Below, in pieces: positions 1 to 13,084 of a DNA stretch of 64,000 nt; position 1 is the first letter of the stretch; the number at the start of each line of letters is the position of its first letter. Source of the stretch: Eledone cirrhosa (lineage: Eukaryota); contig OZ024741.1 in assembly GCA_964016885.1 (NCBI GenBank), forward strand, positions 78,678,001 to 78,742,000. The letters run 5' to 3'. The translations under genes and the position numbers were made by a program. The notes under the pieces were generated by a model that was not told the DNA's origin, searched no databases, and saw only the letters and a list, made by a program, of their open reading frames with translations.

Positions 1-71
1 TCAGTGGTGCCTCTTCCTGGTACAAACCCAAATTGCATCTCGTCCCCAAATTGCATCTCGTCCCAAATTGC

Positions 72-131
<60 letters not shown>

Positions 132-135
132 GAAT

Positions 136-1005
136 GTGGGTTCTCTTCTTGCTCACATCTCACTCACGTCGGACGGTCTGTATCTTGATCGCTCATGAAA
201 TCCACCCAGATTATGCTGACCGGATAACCATGTTGCTTGTTTATTCCCATCTTTGCGTTGCTTTCATCCTTCTATGTTGTTTACTTGTCTCACTCGCTTT
301 ACGCGATTTACTTGTCCCAATAGCTTTTTTTAGTTATTGCTCGCACCAACCTGAGATATATGATTTTTAATGCGACCAAATATCAATGATGGTTGGCAAA
401 TCACTGACGAAGGACTAATTTTATCATATGTAACCCATGTGCAACCACGCAGTATTCTTCTTTCTCCTCATGTTTTTTTATATATATTTACCTCGGCTGC
501 GTTTGTCTGTTTCTCTCTTACTGCTTCCCCGTTCTCTCTGTTGCTCTCACCTTCTTTCGCCCCCTCTGTCAGTTACACTTTCTCTCGACTGACCTCTTCC
601 TCGCACTTCCACTCACTCACTCTCTGTTTCTCCCCTTCTCACTTCCTCCCGTTTGGCTAGTAGTGGGTCTCTTCTTGCTCACATCTCACTCACGTCGGAC
701 GGTCTGTATCTTGATCGCTCATGAAACCCACCCAGCTTATGCTGACCGGATAAACATGTTGCTTGTTTATTCCCATCTTTGCGTTGCTTTCATCCTTCTA
801 TGTTGTTTACTTGTCTCACTCGCTTTACGCGATTTACTTGTCCCAATAGCTTTTTTTAGTTATTGCTCGCACCAACCTGAGATATATGATTTTAATGCGA
901 CGAAATATCAATGGTGGTTGGCAAATCACTGACGAAGGACTAATTTTATCATATGTAACCCATGTGCAACCACGCAGTATTCTTCTTTCTTCTCATGTTT
1001 TTTTT
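136..1005. repeat. ~526-bp tandem duplication (1.6 units) between (TA)n tracts; carries only the 5' half of a hammerhead-like core
   Basis: cactcacgtc at 161 and 687. atca-CTGACGA-aggac occurs at ~399-414 and ~925-940 without a matching GAAA half. The 78/89-aa ORFs are the duplicated text. Confidence 0.75.
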
Positions 1006-1029
1006 ATATATATATATATATATATATAA

Positions 1030-2314
1030 CGGAAAAATTTGAACAGGAACAAAACAGAGAGGCAGTACAACGAATGTTTATTAATTTCACGCTCTGGAGA
1101 GTGGGGTGGTGGTGGGGAACGACGTTTCGGGCATAAGCCCTTCCTCAGGTGAGAAGTGTGTGGGAACAGAGTTCACAGGGTGTGTAGGGGAGTGGTGGAG
1201 AGACATATAGCGAAAGGAAACGGTGCGAATGAAATTAAAAATAAAAATAAAAATAAAGCATGATCAAAATAAAAGGAATGAAATAAAAATAAATATAAAA
1301 GCATGATCAAAATAAACTGGAATTAAAAAGGGGTAAAACAGGTGGTAGAAGGGTGTGGGGTGTGTAGGGGTGGTGGCGGGTGGAGTGGGGAGAGGGAGAC
1401 GAGGTGTCCGAGCGGGGAGGGCTGAAGGTGGTGTGTGTGTGTAGGTGTACGTGTGTGTGTGTGTATGTGAAAGCAAGGGTTGGGGGAAGAACGGGGTTGC
1501 ATGTTCAGGAAGAGGTGTGTGTGTGTGTGGGGGGGGGGGTGTAGGTCGGAGTGTCTGTGCGTGTGTGGATAGAGGGGTGGGGGGAGAGGAATCAGGAGGC
1601 TGAGGGTGTAAATATGTGGTGGAAAGCACGTGTGTGTGGGGTTTAAGCGTGTTGTGGGTGTAGGTGGCGTGTGGGAGAAAAACATTTTTTGGGGTGTGTG
1701 TGTGTGGGTGAGTTATATAGGCGATTCCGTAAGAGGATGGTTGAAATGTTGGTAAATTCCTATGATGTTTAGTAGATTCCGTGGTGGTCAAGTTCCACAT
1801 ACGAGTATTCCATGAAGAGATGGTCGGAAGAGGAGAGATGTGGGGTGCGCGCGCAACAGGAAGTGGTCAAGGCGGTGGGAGTGCTGTGTGTCTGTTTGTG
1901 CTGGGAGGTGGTCAGAGGGCATAGCAGCAGTCGGGTGGAATGGTAAAGGGGCGAGGATGGGTAGGTGTGAAAGTTGGAGTGAGGAGGGTGTGTGTGTGTA
2001 TTAGTAGAAGTGTTAGTGGGATGAGTGAGTGTGGAGCGAGGGTGTGGGTGGAGCGGGGAGAGAAGGGTGTGTGTAGTTCGATGGAGGGAGTGTAGTGTAC
2101 TGGTGTGTGTGTAGTTTGATGAAGGGGGTGTTAGTGGGTGTTAGTATACGGGAGGTGGGGAAAGGGTTGAATGCAGGTGTGAGTGGGGGTTAGTGGTGGT
2201 AGGGTGTGTAGAGTTGGTGGTGTACGAGGGTATGTGGGTACGTGTGCGTGGGGTTGGGGGGGTGTTAGTGATGTTAGTTGCGTGTGGGTGGGTGGTGTAA
2301 GTGGGTGTGTGTGT
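1030..2314 (-). mobile_element. Degenerate Penelope-like 3' region with low-complexity (CA/CCA-rich) UTR
   Basis: Flanked by (TA)n, with an HHR core near its minus-strand 3' end. Protein similarity is only faint. Confidence 0.45.
1118..1151 (-). ncRNA. Minimal type I hammerhead ribozyme
   Basis: Minus strand reads CTGAGGA-a-gggc-ttat-gccc-GAAA-cg-TC. Stem I is weak. Confidence 0.65.
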
Positions 2315-2315
2315 T

Positions 2316-2348
<33 letters not shown>

Positions 2349-2378
2349 AGATCAAAAGATGGTTAAAAGAGTTCCATG

Positions 2379-2450
2379 TATTTTATTATGCGCATTTCAA
2401 AAAACAAATATCATCATGCGATGACATTTGCGTTTTCGTCAGATAAAATA
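2379..2450 (-). ncRNA. Type I hammerhead (F1), inverted arm
   Basis: Reverse complement of 2651-2722. Confidence 0.85.
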
Positions 2451-2650
2451 GGGAGACATGATATGAAGGTTAAAAAACACTTGTGAATAGTGCAGTTTTA
2501 AATCAACATATGAAAAGTAGTTTTAGATTGATGTGTGATATTGGGAAAATATTTTCCCAATATCACACATCAATCTAAAACTACTTTTCATATGTTGATT
2601 TAAAACTGCACTATTCACAAGTGTTTTTTAACCTTCATATCATGTCTCCC

Positions 2651-2722
2651 TATTTTATCTGACGAAAACGCAAATGTCATCGCATGATGATATTTGTTTG
2701 TTGAAATGCGCATAATAAAATA
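2651..2722 (+). ncRNA. Type I hammerhead (F1)
   Basis: tattttat-CTGACGA-long stem II-GAAA-tgcgca-TA-ataaaata. Perfect 8-bp stem I and palindromic stem III. Confidence 0.88.
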
Positions 2723-2845
2723 CATGGAACTCTTTTAACCATCTTTGATCTTATATTTTATTTATACTCCAGTCCTACAAACTGTAGAGTGCTACTTATC
2801 CGATATCTGCATTGCTTTATTGTACTACAATAAAACTCACCTCCT

Positions 2846-2898
<53 letters not shown>

Positions 2899-2904
<6 letters not shown>

Positions 2905-3065
2905 TTTATTATGGATATTGGTGAGCTGTGTTACTCTAAAGTTTCGCCTGTGCACTCACAGAATCACCAGTCTTGTCTGGTGAGTACGCAGGGGAGACTC
3001 CAGAGTAACAAGGCTTAGCCGTAATAAATGAATATTTAAACTCTACTTCGGTATTGAGTTTTCAT
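2899..3065. mobile_element. Old fold-back Penelope-type tail with two diverged HHR 3' halves
   Basis: attcatttatt..gttactct pairs with agagtaac..aataaatgaat. The minus arm reads GAAA-ctt-TA-gagtaac. An ACTC-tac-ttcg-gta-tt-GAGT hairpin follows at 3040-3059. Confidence 0.5.
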
Positions 3066-3529
3066 TCTTACGTCTGTCAATAATTCATGTACTCTCAGGT
3101 CTTCAATAAACGTCCCCACCCCCCGCACATTAATTTGTCAGATTTTTCCCCACACCCGGTTTTTATTCACCCCACCACCAACCCGGTTATTAAATTGGCT
3201 CATCTATCTCCGGTGAAATTTTATTGTAAGTGATTCATATAGATGCAGCAGCTGGAGAAAATAATAATAATTTTATTTTACATTAAAAGACATTATATAC
3301 GACAAAAGAAGAACATTACAGGACATCCCATATTTACGAACGTACACTATACAATTACTGATTGCCCAAGCCTCCCCCCTCCATTATTGCCACCCCTCCT
3401 ATTATTTGGGACCCGAGAGTGCCACCAAACTCTCCTCCACTCTATGTCTAACACACAAAACTCTCTTTTACTCCCCCTCTCTGTATTTACAAAAACCAAA
3501 CTCTACGCTTCTCTATATCTACCACGACA

Positions 3530-4070
3530 CCGCCTCTCTTATCCTACTCTCTATATCTAAGACACATACACTCTCTCACTCTCTATAAATATCTATACTT
3601 ATCTCTTCCAATCCCCCTCTGTATATCAATCACCCCTAACTCTCCCCCTCTCTATATCTACTACACGACACTTTTCCATTATCCCTCTCTGTATATCTAC
3701 AACCACCAAATTCTTCCCCTCTCTATATCTACTACACGGAACTCTCTTCCAACCCCTTCTCTATATCAAGTAACACCAAACTCTCCCCCTCTCTATATCT
3801 AGTACACGGTACTCTCTTCCAATCCCCCTCTCTATATCAATTAACCCCAAACTCCCCCCCTCTCTACATCTGCCATACGGAACTCTCTTCCAATCTCCCT
3901 CTGTATATCTACCATACGGTACTCTCTTTAAATTCCACTCTCTACATCAATAAACATCAATCTCTCCCCTCTCTACATCTAATATACAACACACTCTCCC
4001 AACCTTCCTCTCTATATCAATTACCACCACACTCTCCCCCTCTCTATATCTATATCTATCTCTCCTATCT
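3530..4070. repeat. Degenerate ~30-37-bp minisatellite (ctctctatatctac...actctc)
   Basis: Recurrent ctctatatc and actctcttccaat units. Confidence 0.75.
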
Positions 4071-4399
4071 GTCTCTACATAACATGTACATAAATTGTCG
4101 CGCATATACAAATAGATGTGTTTTATTAGTTTGGGGAGAAAAATATAACTATTGGGAGATCCATGGCCCCACTGCCCCCCCCCCTAGTTACACCGCCTCT
4201 ACTTTGTCACATATTGTACCTTGCTTATCTGGCCTTAGAATTGCGTTAATGTACTTGTGTCTGTGGAATGCTAAGCCACTTACAGATTTAACGAGAGCTA
4301 TTAAATCGAGCAAAAACCGACAGAACATCCATCTGTTGCATGTGTGTATATGAGTGTCTATGGGAATAGTCTAATGACTGAAACCAGTAAAAGAAAATA

Positions 4400-4735
4400 C
4401 AATGGAACCTCGGTTCACGAAGTTAATTCGTTTCTGAAGGCCTTTTGTCACGCGAAATGTTCATAAATCGAAACTATTTTACCCCTACGAAATGTTTAGT
4501 AAGAGAGAGAGAGAGTGTGTGTGTGGAAGACAGATAGATATCACCAAAGTAACTAACTACACAGCAAGTGATACTTTCCCGCCGACACTCCAACATTGTT
4601 ACCAACCGTTGTTGCCAACTTGGGTGTTAATTACTTGAGAAACCGTTCGTGAACCGAGACGTTTTATGTTCGGAAAAATTGTTCGTGAATCGATTTGTTC
4701 GTGATGAGTGGTGTTCGTGAACCGAGATTCCATTT
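4400..4735. mobile_element. pogo/Tigger-type MITE
   Basis: TIRs caatggaacctcggttcacgaa / ttcgtgaaccgagattccattt, with TA on both sides and subterminal ttcgtga repeats. Confidence 0.8.
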
Positions 4736-4787
4736 TATATATGCATATATCACACGCACACATATACAGATATACATCTATATATAT

Positions 4788-4918
<131 letters not shown>

Positions 4919-6569
4919 CAGATCTATGTACTCACAGACACACGCATCTACACACGCACACACACATGTGTACATGTGTGTGTGCATGTATGTGTTTGTG
5001 TGTTTGTATGCATACACACACATGTACATATATTTATAGGTATGTAGTTATGTACATACCTATTTTTCGCTGTATCTATGTCTTCCTCCAGCAAGTACAA
5101 GTACGCCTCCTATTCCCCCTCTTCTCCCCCTCCTACCTCTATTCACTCAATTTTATGCCACATTTCATTATTAACCTTCCATCTATAATGAGAAAATGTC
5201 CGATGTGGAAAATTGATAAAACCTGTTACCTGTCGCAATATTGCTAATATTCGATTAGCTATTGGCAAGCAATTTTTTAATTTGCATATATGGTGATTAT
5301 TTCAGTTTGATTACAAACTCTATCGATGTTTATTTCCAAACTAATCAGTCCAAATTCTATTTCGGTTAGAATAAGCAAATCATATTTGAATCCCCCCTAC
5401 CCCTCACATACTAAGCAACAACATCAACAACAACGATAAAAGCGGAATATAAAAACAAGATAGTATGTACTTGTCCACGCTGTTAGCCATCTTGTTGGTA
5501 TTGTTATTTTTGTTCCTTTTGCTAGTCTTGTTGCAGTTCGTCTTCATCTTTTCATCTCCTTTTCAATGTTTAATTTATTATAGTTGTTGCTTTCGTATAT
5601 TTTGTGATTTTCAGTCTTTTCAATTTTTTTAAAATTTAATAATAATAATTTCATCTTTTTTCTTCTGTCTTCTTTCCATCGCTTTGATTTTCCAATACTT
5701 TTTCCTCCCCCTTTTCTCATCTATCTTCTAACCTTCCTCCCACACCACCCCAACACCTTCACATACCTCCTACTCACCACCACGTTCATCTCCTCACACT
5801 TCAACTTCAACTGTCTCCTCCTCATTACCTTTACACCTCTCCTACTCACTCTCTTATCTTTCACACCATCGCACTCTCTTTCCTCACGTTCTCCTCTTCA
5901 TCCTTCATAGTCTCCCCCTCGCCCTTAAACCTCTCCTATTCACCCACAGTCTTCTATTCACCCTTACGCTCCTCCTACGCACATCACACCATTCCTACTC
6001 ACCACACACTCCTCATCTTCACACCGACACCCTTATTTTCTTTTTAATATTGTTATTATCTTTATTATTCATGGTTTTCGTAATACACCTCATAAGTTTC
6101 CATCTTAACATAAAAGAATGAGGTACATCATGGAAAACATGCATTAAAATGTTCAAGGTTAATAAATGTTGTATAAGAGTGCCCTAACAATATTTTTAGA
6201 TCCTCATAGTATTGCTATTTCCTCTCATGTGTATATGTTTATTCTTATAAAGCAATATGTGAATGTCTTTACAAAAGTGGTTGTGTATCATTTTAGCTGC
6301 ACAGATTATAAATGGCAAGATAAACACATTCCTTAACTGTCGTAATGTTTTTAACTCAACAACAAGGTCGTTATAATACCTCAGCTTTTACGACCGCTTC
6401 TACACAACACTACCATCATTTGTTATTGCTGTATCGATTATTAATACACTACTGCACTGATAAAATTAATTAAAGTCAAAATACGAATATGCAAGTGGTA
6501 TGTTATTATTATACATATTACTGCTTCTAGATTGGATACAATTCTATCCCTTACAAAGGAACACAAAGG

Positions 6570-7375
6570 AATCCATCACAATGGTAGATGCCGAAGAGTT
6601 GTTGCAATATGCAGCAAAGGATATGAGTATAAATGTAGATGAAATGGTTGGTAAGAAAGAGTTTAATCAAAGTGTTGAAGAGAATAGAATAGAAGATCTT
6701 CTGGAAATGAGAATCCACGGGCAGTTTGAAAGAAACACACAGGTTATCAAGGATAAAACAACATCATGGAAATGGCTTAAGCAAAGTGATTTGAAGCGTT
6801 CCACTAAAAACCTTATAATTCCAGCACAATACCAAGCTCTTGCAACCAATTCGGTAAAGTATAACAAAACTTCTGACACCCAGAAATGTAGACTCCGTGA
6901 AAAGAATGTGGAAAATGTAACCCACTTGGTAAGGGGATGTGAGAGCCTTCCAACCTTCATTAACTGTTATGTCATAAATACCAGTACGAAGTAATAGAAA
7001 ATTGGTATAAGCATGTGATTTGTAAAGTAACGCAAGAGGATGGGAAAGTGGCGATATTCTGGGATTATGATTTTCAGACTCAGAGAGTAATTGAACATTG
7101 CTGACCAGATATTGTCATATTGAACAAGAAAGTCAAATAATGTCAGATCATTGATGTAGCCATACCAAATAACATGAATATTGCGAGTAAAGAGGTTGAA
7201 AAAAATTACCAAGTACTCCGAATTGAAAGTGAAGATGACAAAACTGTTTGGAATATGAGAGGATAACCAATTCCATTGAAACTCCAAGACTTCTTAAATC
7301 GCTTGGGAATATCATGCAAGATTGGTGTCATACCTAGGCACTGCGCATATTTTAAGGAAAGTATTTTCTATCTGA
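6570..7375 (+). mobile_element. Decayed R4/Dong-like (restriction-like endonuclease) non-LTR retrotransposon, C-terminal part
   Basis: IHGQF..SWKWLK..QALATN..CRL..ENVTHLVRGC zinc-knuckle region, then frameshifted ILWD, PDIV, IIDVAIP, KE.EK..KY.EL and LGTAHILRKV. Confidence 0.8.
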
Positions 7376-7489
7376 GATCCTTGTTGTGATTTGACAGATG
7401 ATGAAATACTTCGGTGCATATTCCATCTACATTGCATGACAAAGTTATAACCACAGCGACAACTACAACAATCACAAAAATAATAGATG

Positions 7490-8510
7490 ATTTGGGTTTG
7501 ATACAAATGATGCAGACAAATACATAACCAAAGCCCAAGGACTTATAACTACGTACAGTATACATAAAATAGCTCTATTAGGTACTGCACACATATTATG
7601 TAAAATATTTCAACACAATGGAAACACCAAAACAAAATACTGCACATAATGAAGACATCAATTCGTTGAACAAATAAACAGTTCGAATCCAACCCAAAGC
7701 GATTTTTTTTTCAGAATTTCGAAACATTAACATAATAATCAGTCTAGCAACAACAGCTTAGAAACAGAAGACTTGTGCAACGTAGGAATCACTACGATTG
7801 TTCAAAACAATCGGGATTTTGAAAATATCTGAATAATCATAAAACGCCATAAGAAGAGAAGACATAGCCTAATGACTGCAAACAAAAAAAGGAAGGTATT
7901 AAGATAAGATTTCAAACTTCCATTTGCAATATTTAGCAAACACCCACAAGATACCGGAAAATAGTTAATAACATACTGAAAGAATCGGAAACAATATCTC
8001 CAAGGCTAACTAGAAAAAATAATTAGTAACTAATATAAATAGCAAGAATATACGAACAAAACGAAAACCTGTTTTCGGTCTTTAAGGAAACCAACGCATA
8101 CATAACCGTGGTTGATCTGATAGAGAATTGTGAGGAGAAAGAAGAAACAACAGAAATTGGAGAAAAATTAAGCTCAAAATAGTATTACAGAATGCCATGA
8201 TAAAACGTTGTCAAGAAAAGCCCTACATGGTCAATACATGAAAAAAAAAAAAAAAAAAATGAACAGAGTCTGGGGAATAGATAAAGAGACTCGCAGCACT
8301 GGTTGAGAAGAGTAGAAATTAAGGTTGAAACCAAAATAGTTTCCTTTCCGGCATATGGTTAACGCCTACCATAAAAAAACTACTGAAAATAATTAAGTAT
8401 GTATATGTTGGGAGAAAACGAGTAACTGTATTATCTTAAGCTGCCCAGTCTTGGCCAACAGCAGTACATTTATAAACATAACAGCGCTGAGGCGTTCAAC
8501 CACCGGAAAT
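7490..8510 (+). mobile_element. Further, heavily decayed R4/Dong-like fragments
   Basis: LGTAHIL (7578-7598), LHGQY (~8223-8237) and CPVLA (~8442-8456). Confidence 0.45.
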
Positions 8511-8518
8511 TGTATCAT

Positions 8519-8724
8519 GGCGGTGGATTGGCAGTATCAATAGAGCGTCAGACAATGTTTCGCAGCATAGAGTTACGGCCCTTTATGTTGTGAATTCAAG
8601 TCCCGCCGAGGTTGGATTTGCCTTTCATCCTTACGGGGTCGATAAAGTACCAGTAATGCACTGGGATCGATTTAATCGATTTTCCCTTCCCCCAGAATTG
8701 CTGGCCTAAAGTAGAAACAATTAT
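8519..8724 (+). mobile_element. tRNA-type SINE (octopus-like family)
   Basis: ggcggtggattggcag head, B-box-like ttcaagtcccgcc, core gcctttcatccttacggggtcgataaagtaccagt. Many copies in the window. Confidence 0.8.
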
Positions 8725-8802
8725 GAAATACCGAAGTGCCTAAAGTAGAAACAATTATGAAATACCGAAGTGCCTAAAGTAGAAACAATTATGAAATACC
8801 GA
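8704..8802. repeat. 34-bp tandem x3 derived from the SINE tail
   Basis: gcctaaagtagaaacaattatgaaataccgaagt repeated. Confidence 0.85.
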
Positions 8803-9942
8803 CAAAAATTCTAATGGAACGTATATTGTTGTCAATGACCATCTGGAAAAAAAGTGTCTTCTAATGGAAGTATCAGTCCAAAGAGACGATATTGTGTTTC
8901 TAAATGGAGAAATTATTCAGACAAAAAGATTTGGACATAGAGATAAGCAGAATGTAGCGATTGAAAACAGAAATAATGGTTCAATTATATCGATTTCAGT
9001 ACATGCCTGGTACTTTATTTCATCGATTCCGGAAGGATTAAAGTCGATGTTGATATCAGTGGGATTTGAATTCAGAATCTAAAGAAGCAGAAAAAATATT
9101 GCAAAGTATAAATCCCACACTCTACCGACTCAGTTAATACCCAACCCTTTTAAAAACAGAAATAATCCTTGTAATAATTAGTTGATCCATATGATTAAAA
9201 CTAAATACTCTGGTCACTCCAGTTATAATGTACATCGTCAACATTATAAATTTTGAATTAATTGAATTGAAGAGCTTAGACAAAATCTAGGAAGTTCCTA
9301 GAATCATTCTAATATAAATAGGATACACTAATTGGGCACACAGGGACGACGTGAACTTATACAACATAAAGAACTACAACAATGTAACAACAGTGGGCTT
9401 AGAAACATCTTTGACACAAGCAAAGGAAAACTGATTAAAATAATAAAGCAACGTGAGGCAAACAATAACATGGTTCTCTAAATAGAAGGAAACAATAAGA
9501 TAGAAACTAAAAACAAATAACACTGAAGAAAAGATTTAGAATTAGATCGGAATAAAGCAACAGATACAAGACAATATTAAAGTGTGACTGCGAAATTTAT
9601 TTAAAGAAGAAAAAAAAAAGGGAGAGAAAATATATTCATTGTTTCTGATATAGGCACAAGGCCAGCAATTTGGGGGAATGGGAAAGCCAATTAAATCAAC
9701 CCCAGACTGATGATTTCAGTTATGTTCCAGATTGGATTTCACATAAATAGCAACTGATGAAACGTTAAAAAGCTGTGAAACCCGTAAAGACAATAGCTTG
9801 TGTTTTTCCGTGTATAGAGAGAATAAAATGTGTACTCACTCATGTATTTCCATAGTGAGGATGAGAATTAAAAAAAAATGTTTTTATTTATATATTAAAT
9901 TCATCCTTGATCTTGCAGTATTGTGCATATATATATATATAT

Positions 9943-10139
9943 ATAACAAAGAAGGTGTGGTAAGATACCAGGTGGACTCCAACGCACCAGAGTACTCGAT
10001 ACTTAGGGTAGTAGAGTGGGTAATAGGAGAAGAGTGAGGACCCCGACGGCTGAGCTCCGGCCGTTTTGACAGCATGATCCGAGTTTGGATCTAGCTGTCG
10101 AAACGGCTGGAGCTCAGCCGTCGGGGCCCTCACTCTTCT

Positions 10140-10143
<4 letters not shown>
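9943..10143 (-). mobile_element. Penelope-type family F2 tail with fold-back through the HHR
   Basis: (TA)n flanks. Hairpin 10024-10144 has GAAA-cggc..gccg-TC-gggg on the plus arm; the minus arm reads AAAA for GAAA. The tail matches 22491-22570, 27161-27240 and 29728-29808. Confidence 0.8.
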
Positions 10144-10236
<93 letters not shown>

Positions 10237-10792
10237 CTAAGCGTATATTAATTCATTAATTGATTAATTACTGAATTGTTTCATCGATTCCCTAACGAAT
10301 TTATCGATTGATTGAAGTAAATACAATTCCAACGTTAACTTCTTCAATATATTCATCAGCACAACATCTCTCTTGTTTCCGAGACGAACAATGGTGCTTA
10401 GTTTCTTTTAAAACCCACAATGTGTATTAATATCGATTCAATTAGGGATCTATGTAATTTATTTTCTCCTATTCAGTGGCTTCATGGGGTGAAGGGAAAG
10501 GTTAATATGTTTTTTATATTCTTTACGGATATTAAATTTCTCAGTGAATATTTTTTTCTTTTATTGACTGAAGCATACGATAAATCAATTTATGTATAAA
10601 GTAGTTGAAGTCTGAAACTATATAATGCACACATAATAAATTGCTGCACACGTCATCAATTATGCATTCGAACTTGGTATCTAGATTCACAAATCAACGT
10701 CACTAAAATAAAAAAAATTTTTCATACATTTTAATCTTCTATTTCTTTTCTGTTGTGTTGTTATTGTTGTTGTTGTTGTTGTTATTGCTGCT

Positions 10793-10826
<34 letters not shown>

Positions 10827-11289
10827 ATTTATTCAATATACCTTTTTAAATAGAATGAAAAAAAACATTGAATTTGATGAAGAAGAAGAAGAAGAAGAAG
10901 AAGAAGAAGAAGAAGAAGAAGAAGAAGAAGAATACAGCCGTTGACGTTGAATCTCAAGTAAATTTGAATCCGACCGAGGCTTCATCACATGGTCTATCAT
11001 TTATATTTACGGTAAGAAATTATTAAAACTGAAATAAATTGTTCCACTTCAAAAAAAAAAAAAAAAAATAGAAATAGAGAACGTTGTTGATGAAAAGGTA
11101 GACAGGAAGACTGACAGACACATAGATAGATACCCATATATAAACAGAGACAGTAAGTATATGGTGAGAGAGTAGCATAACGAGAGAAAAAAAGAGAGTA
11201 ATTGGTTGGTCGATTGAGCACATCATTCATATCTTCTCTGTCTGAGAACGTAAAAATTAAGAACTTATTTTGTACAGCAGCCCTTAATT

Positions 11290-11830
11290 TAATTGTCTAA
11301 ATTCAGATTACCCTCCACCCTGGTCCAAGCCTCTCTCACCCGCGCTCGTGAAGACATCCGCACCACCACCTTCACTCCACGACTCCCACTACCACCAACC
11401 GACTCAATTCTACCTTATTTACCCCCTCCAAGGATGATCCTCAGGCCTTCCACCGCCTCCCGTCAGACCCCTCCACCTTCACCAGCTTCCTCCTCCCACC
11501 CTCTCCTTCTTCAAGCGTGCGTGAAACCTCCGAAATATTCTCGTCCGCAGATCCCTTCCTTCGCCAACTTCTTCCACGGATCCAACTCTTGCTCCCAACC
11601 CTGCTTGTCTTGTCTACAGACTCCGTTGCACGCCATGCCACACCGACTATATTGGACAAACCAGTCGTCGACAAGCGAACAAATTCGCCGTGCATCTGTA
11701 GGGCATCCGGCTCGGCAACAAGTCCCCAGTCACCAAGCATTTCCACTCTATCTGACACTCTACCCACCACCTCACTGTGTTTGGCCTCGTTTGCTTGCTC
11801 CGAAGCCCCGGACTCACACCTGAGAACAGA
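11290..11830 (+). mobile_element. Decayed Penelope (Neptune/Poseidon-type) GIY-YIG endonuclease fragment
   Basis: Frame from 11603 (not in the ORF track): ACLVYRLRCTPCHTDYIGQTSRRQANKFAVHL*GIRLGNKSPVTKHF. Confidence 0.8.
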
Positions 11831-12777
11831 CTAGTGGATTTTTTTTTTTCTACAGACATGGTGCAGGAACGGCCTTAACTCGCCCTCTTTTTTTAGCTGT
11901 TCCCATCACCCATCCTCACCCACTTTCACACAAACACCACATGCTCACGACTGCTTCACCAACACATCCACTCACACACGCATCTAAACACATTAACACC
12001 CTTAGATGAGAAAAAAACACAGACACACCAAAGCAAATAATTAATTAGCTACACTAACACGACCATGATATACATTTAATCCTACTGACGTTACTAATTA
12101 ACTAATCAATTATACTAACAGACTGCTCTCACACCAACGCACACATACTACACCCAACACCTACCAACACTCGTACATGCACACAACAATACGATCATAG
12201 ACAAATACGCACATTTTATTGTTCCTAGCGCCACTAATTAGCTACCTAATCATACTAACTCGCCTAACTCAAACATTCACACTACACTCCTTTACTATAA
12301 ACACACACACACACACACACAACAACCACCACCACAGCTCGCCATCCCATTTCCTCCTCCTGCGTCATCACACCTTCATTTCATACCACTTCCGTTATTT
12401 ATGCGCGCCACAAACAGTCTCTCCACACACTCCTCTGCTGTCCACTTTCTGAAATAGCCCAGCCTTCACCACTATCCGCATGCTGCTACGACCATTAAGA
12501 CCAAGATCCTTACGAAGCATTATACACATACACAGACTACAAAAAGTCACTATTATATGCACACATACACAAACTGCAAAAACTCACTACTGGGTGCACA
12601 CATGCACATATATTTGTATGTATATATAGAAAATGGCCTCAGTACCCTTCTCACAAATCGGATCGCTCCAGGGTGGCGAGAAACAGCTGTGAATTTCAAG
12701 TATTTGGGAGCCGCCACGGAAAAGGACTAACCTTGCCATATGTACCTATGACTGCATGCCAGGAGGACCGGACTGAA

Positions 12778-12845
12778 CCCTCTGATGGAAGAGAAGAGTA
12801 AGCTCAAGTGTGATGAGTTGGGACTTTGCGAAACGCGCCAGAGAA
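12778..12845 (+). ncRNA. Degenerate hammerhead-like remnant
   Basis: ccct-CTGATGG...GAAA-cgcg-CC-agag, with core substitutions. Confidence 0.3.
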
Positions 12846-12914
12846 ATAAGTTGTAATGCAAAATGGAAGGACGGAAGCATCGTTAAACTGGTATGGGCAG
12901 AAGGTCTTTGATCA

Positions 12915-12992
12915 TATGTATGGCTCGTTCAAAACTAGATTTCGAACACATCTCCACTCTTTTAGAAACAACAAGCTAAGATACTCCACATC
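12915..12992 (+). mobile_element. Short Naiad-type GIY-YIG fragment
   Basis: YGSFKTRFRTHLHSFRNNKLRYST resembles FKARLYNHHSSFKYKLKRTNT of the 39352-40548 ORF. Confidence 0.55.
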
Positions 12993-13084
12993 TGACAGGA
13001 GTTTGTTATGTTCAGGTTTTTTAAAGACCTGGATGGTTTCTGAATATCCTGAGGCAAGAGTCAAGGGAAACCCCAACAATATCG

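Larger units (their letters stand above)
2345..2847. mobile_element. Palindromic mini-insertion of the Penelope (family F1) 3' end/pseudo-LTR
   Basis: Near-perfect palindrome centred at 2550/2551 (arms ~2345-2755), plus a single-copy tail to ..cacctcctac. Closely matches 42800-43101. Confidence 0.9.

Noticed and set aside
9750-9790. CTGATGA..GAAA motif
   Set aside because: Stems II and III do not pair.
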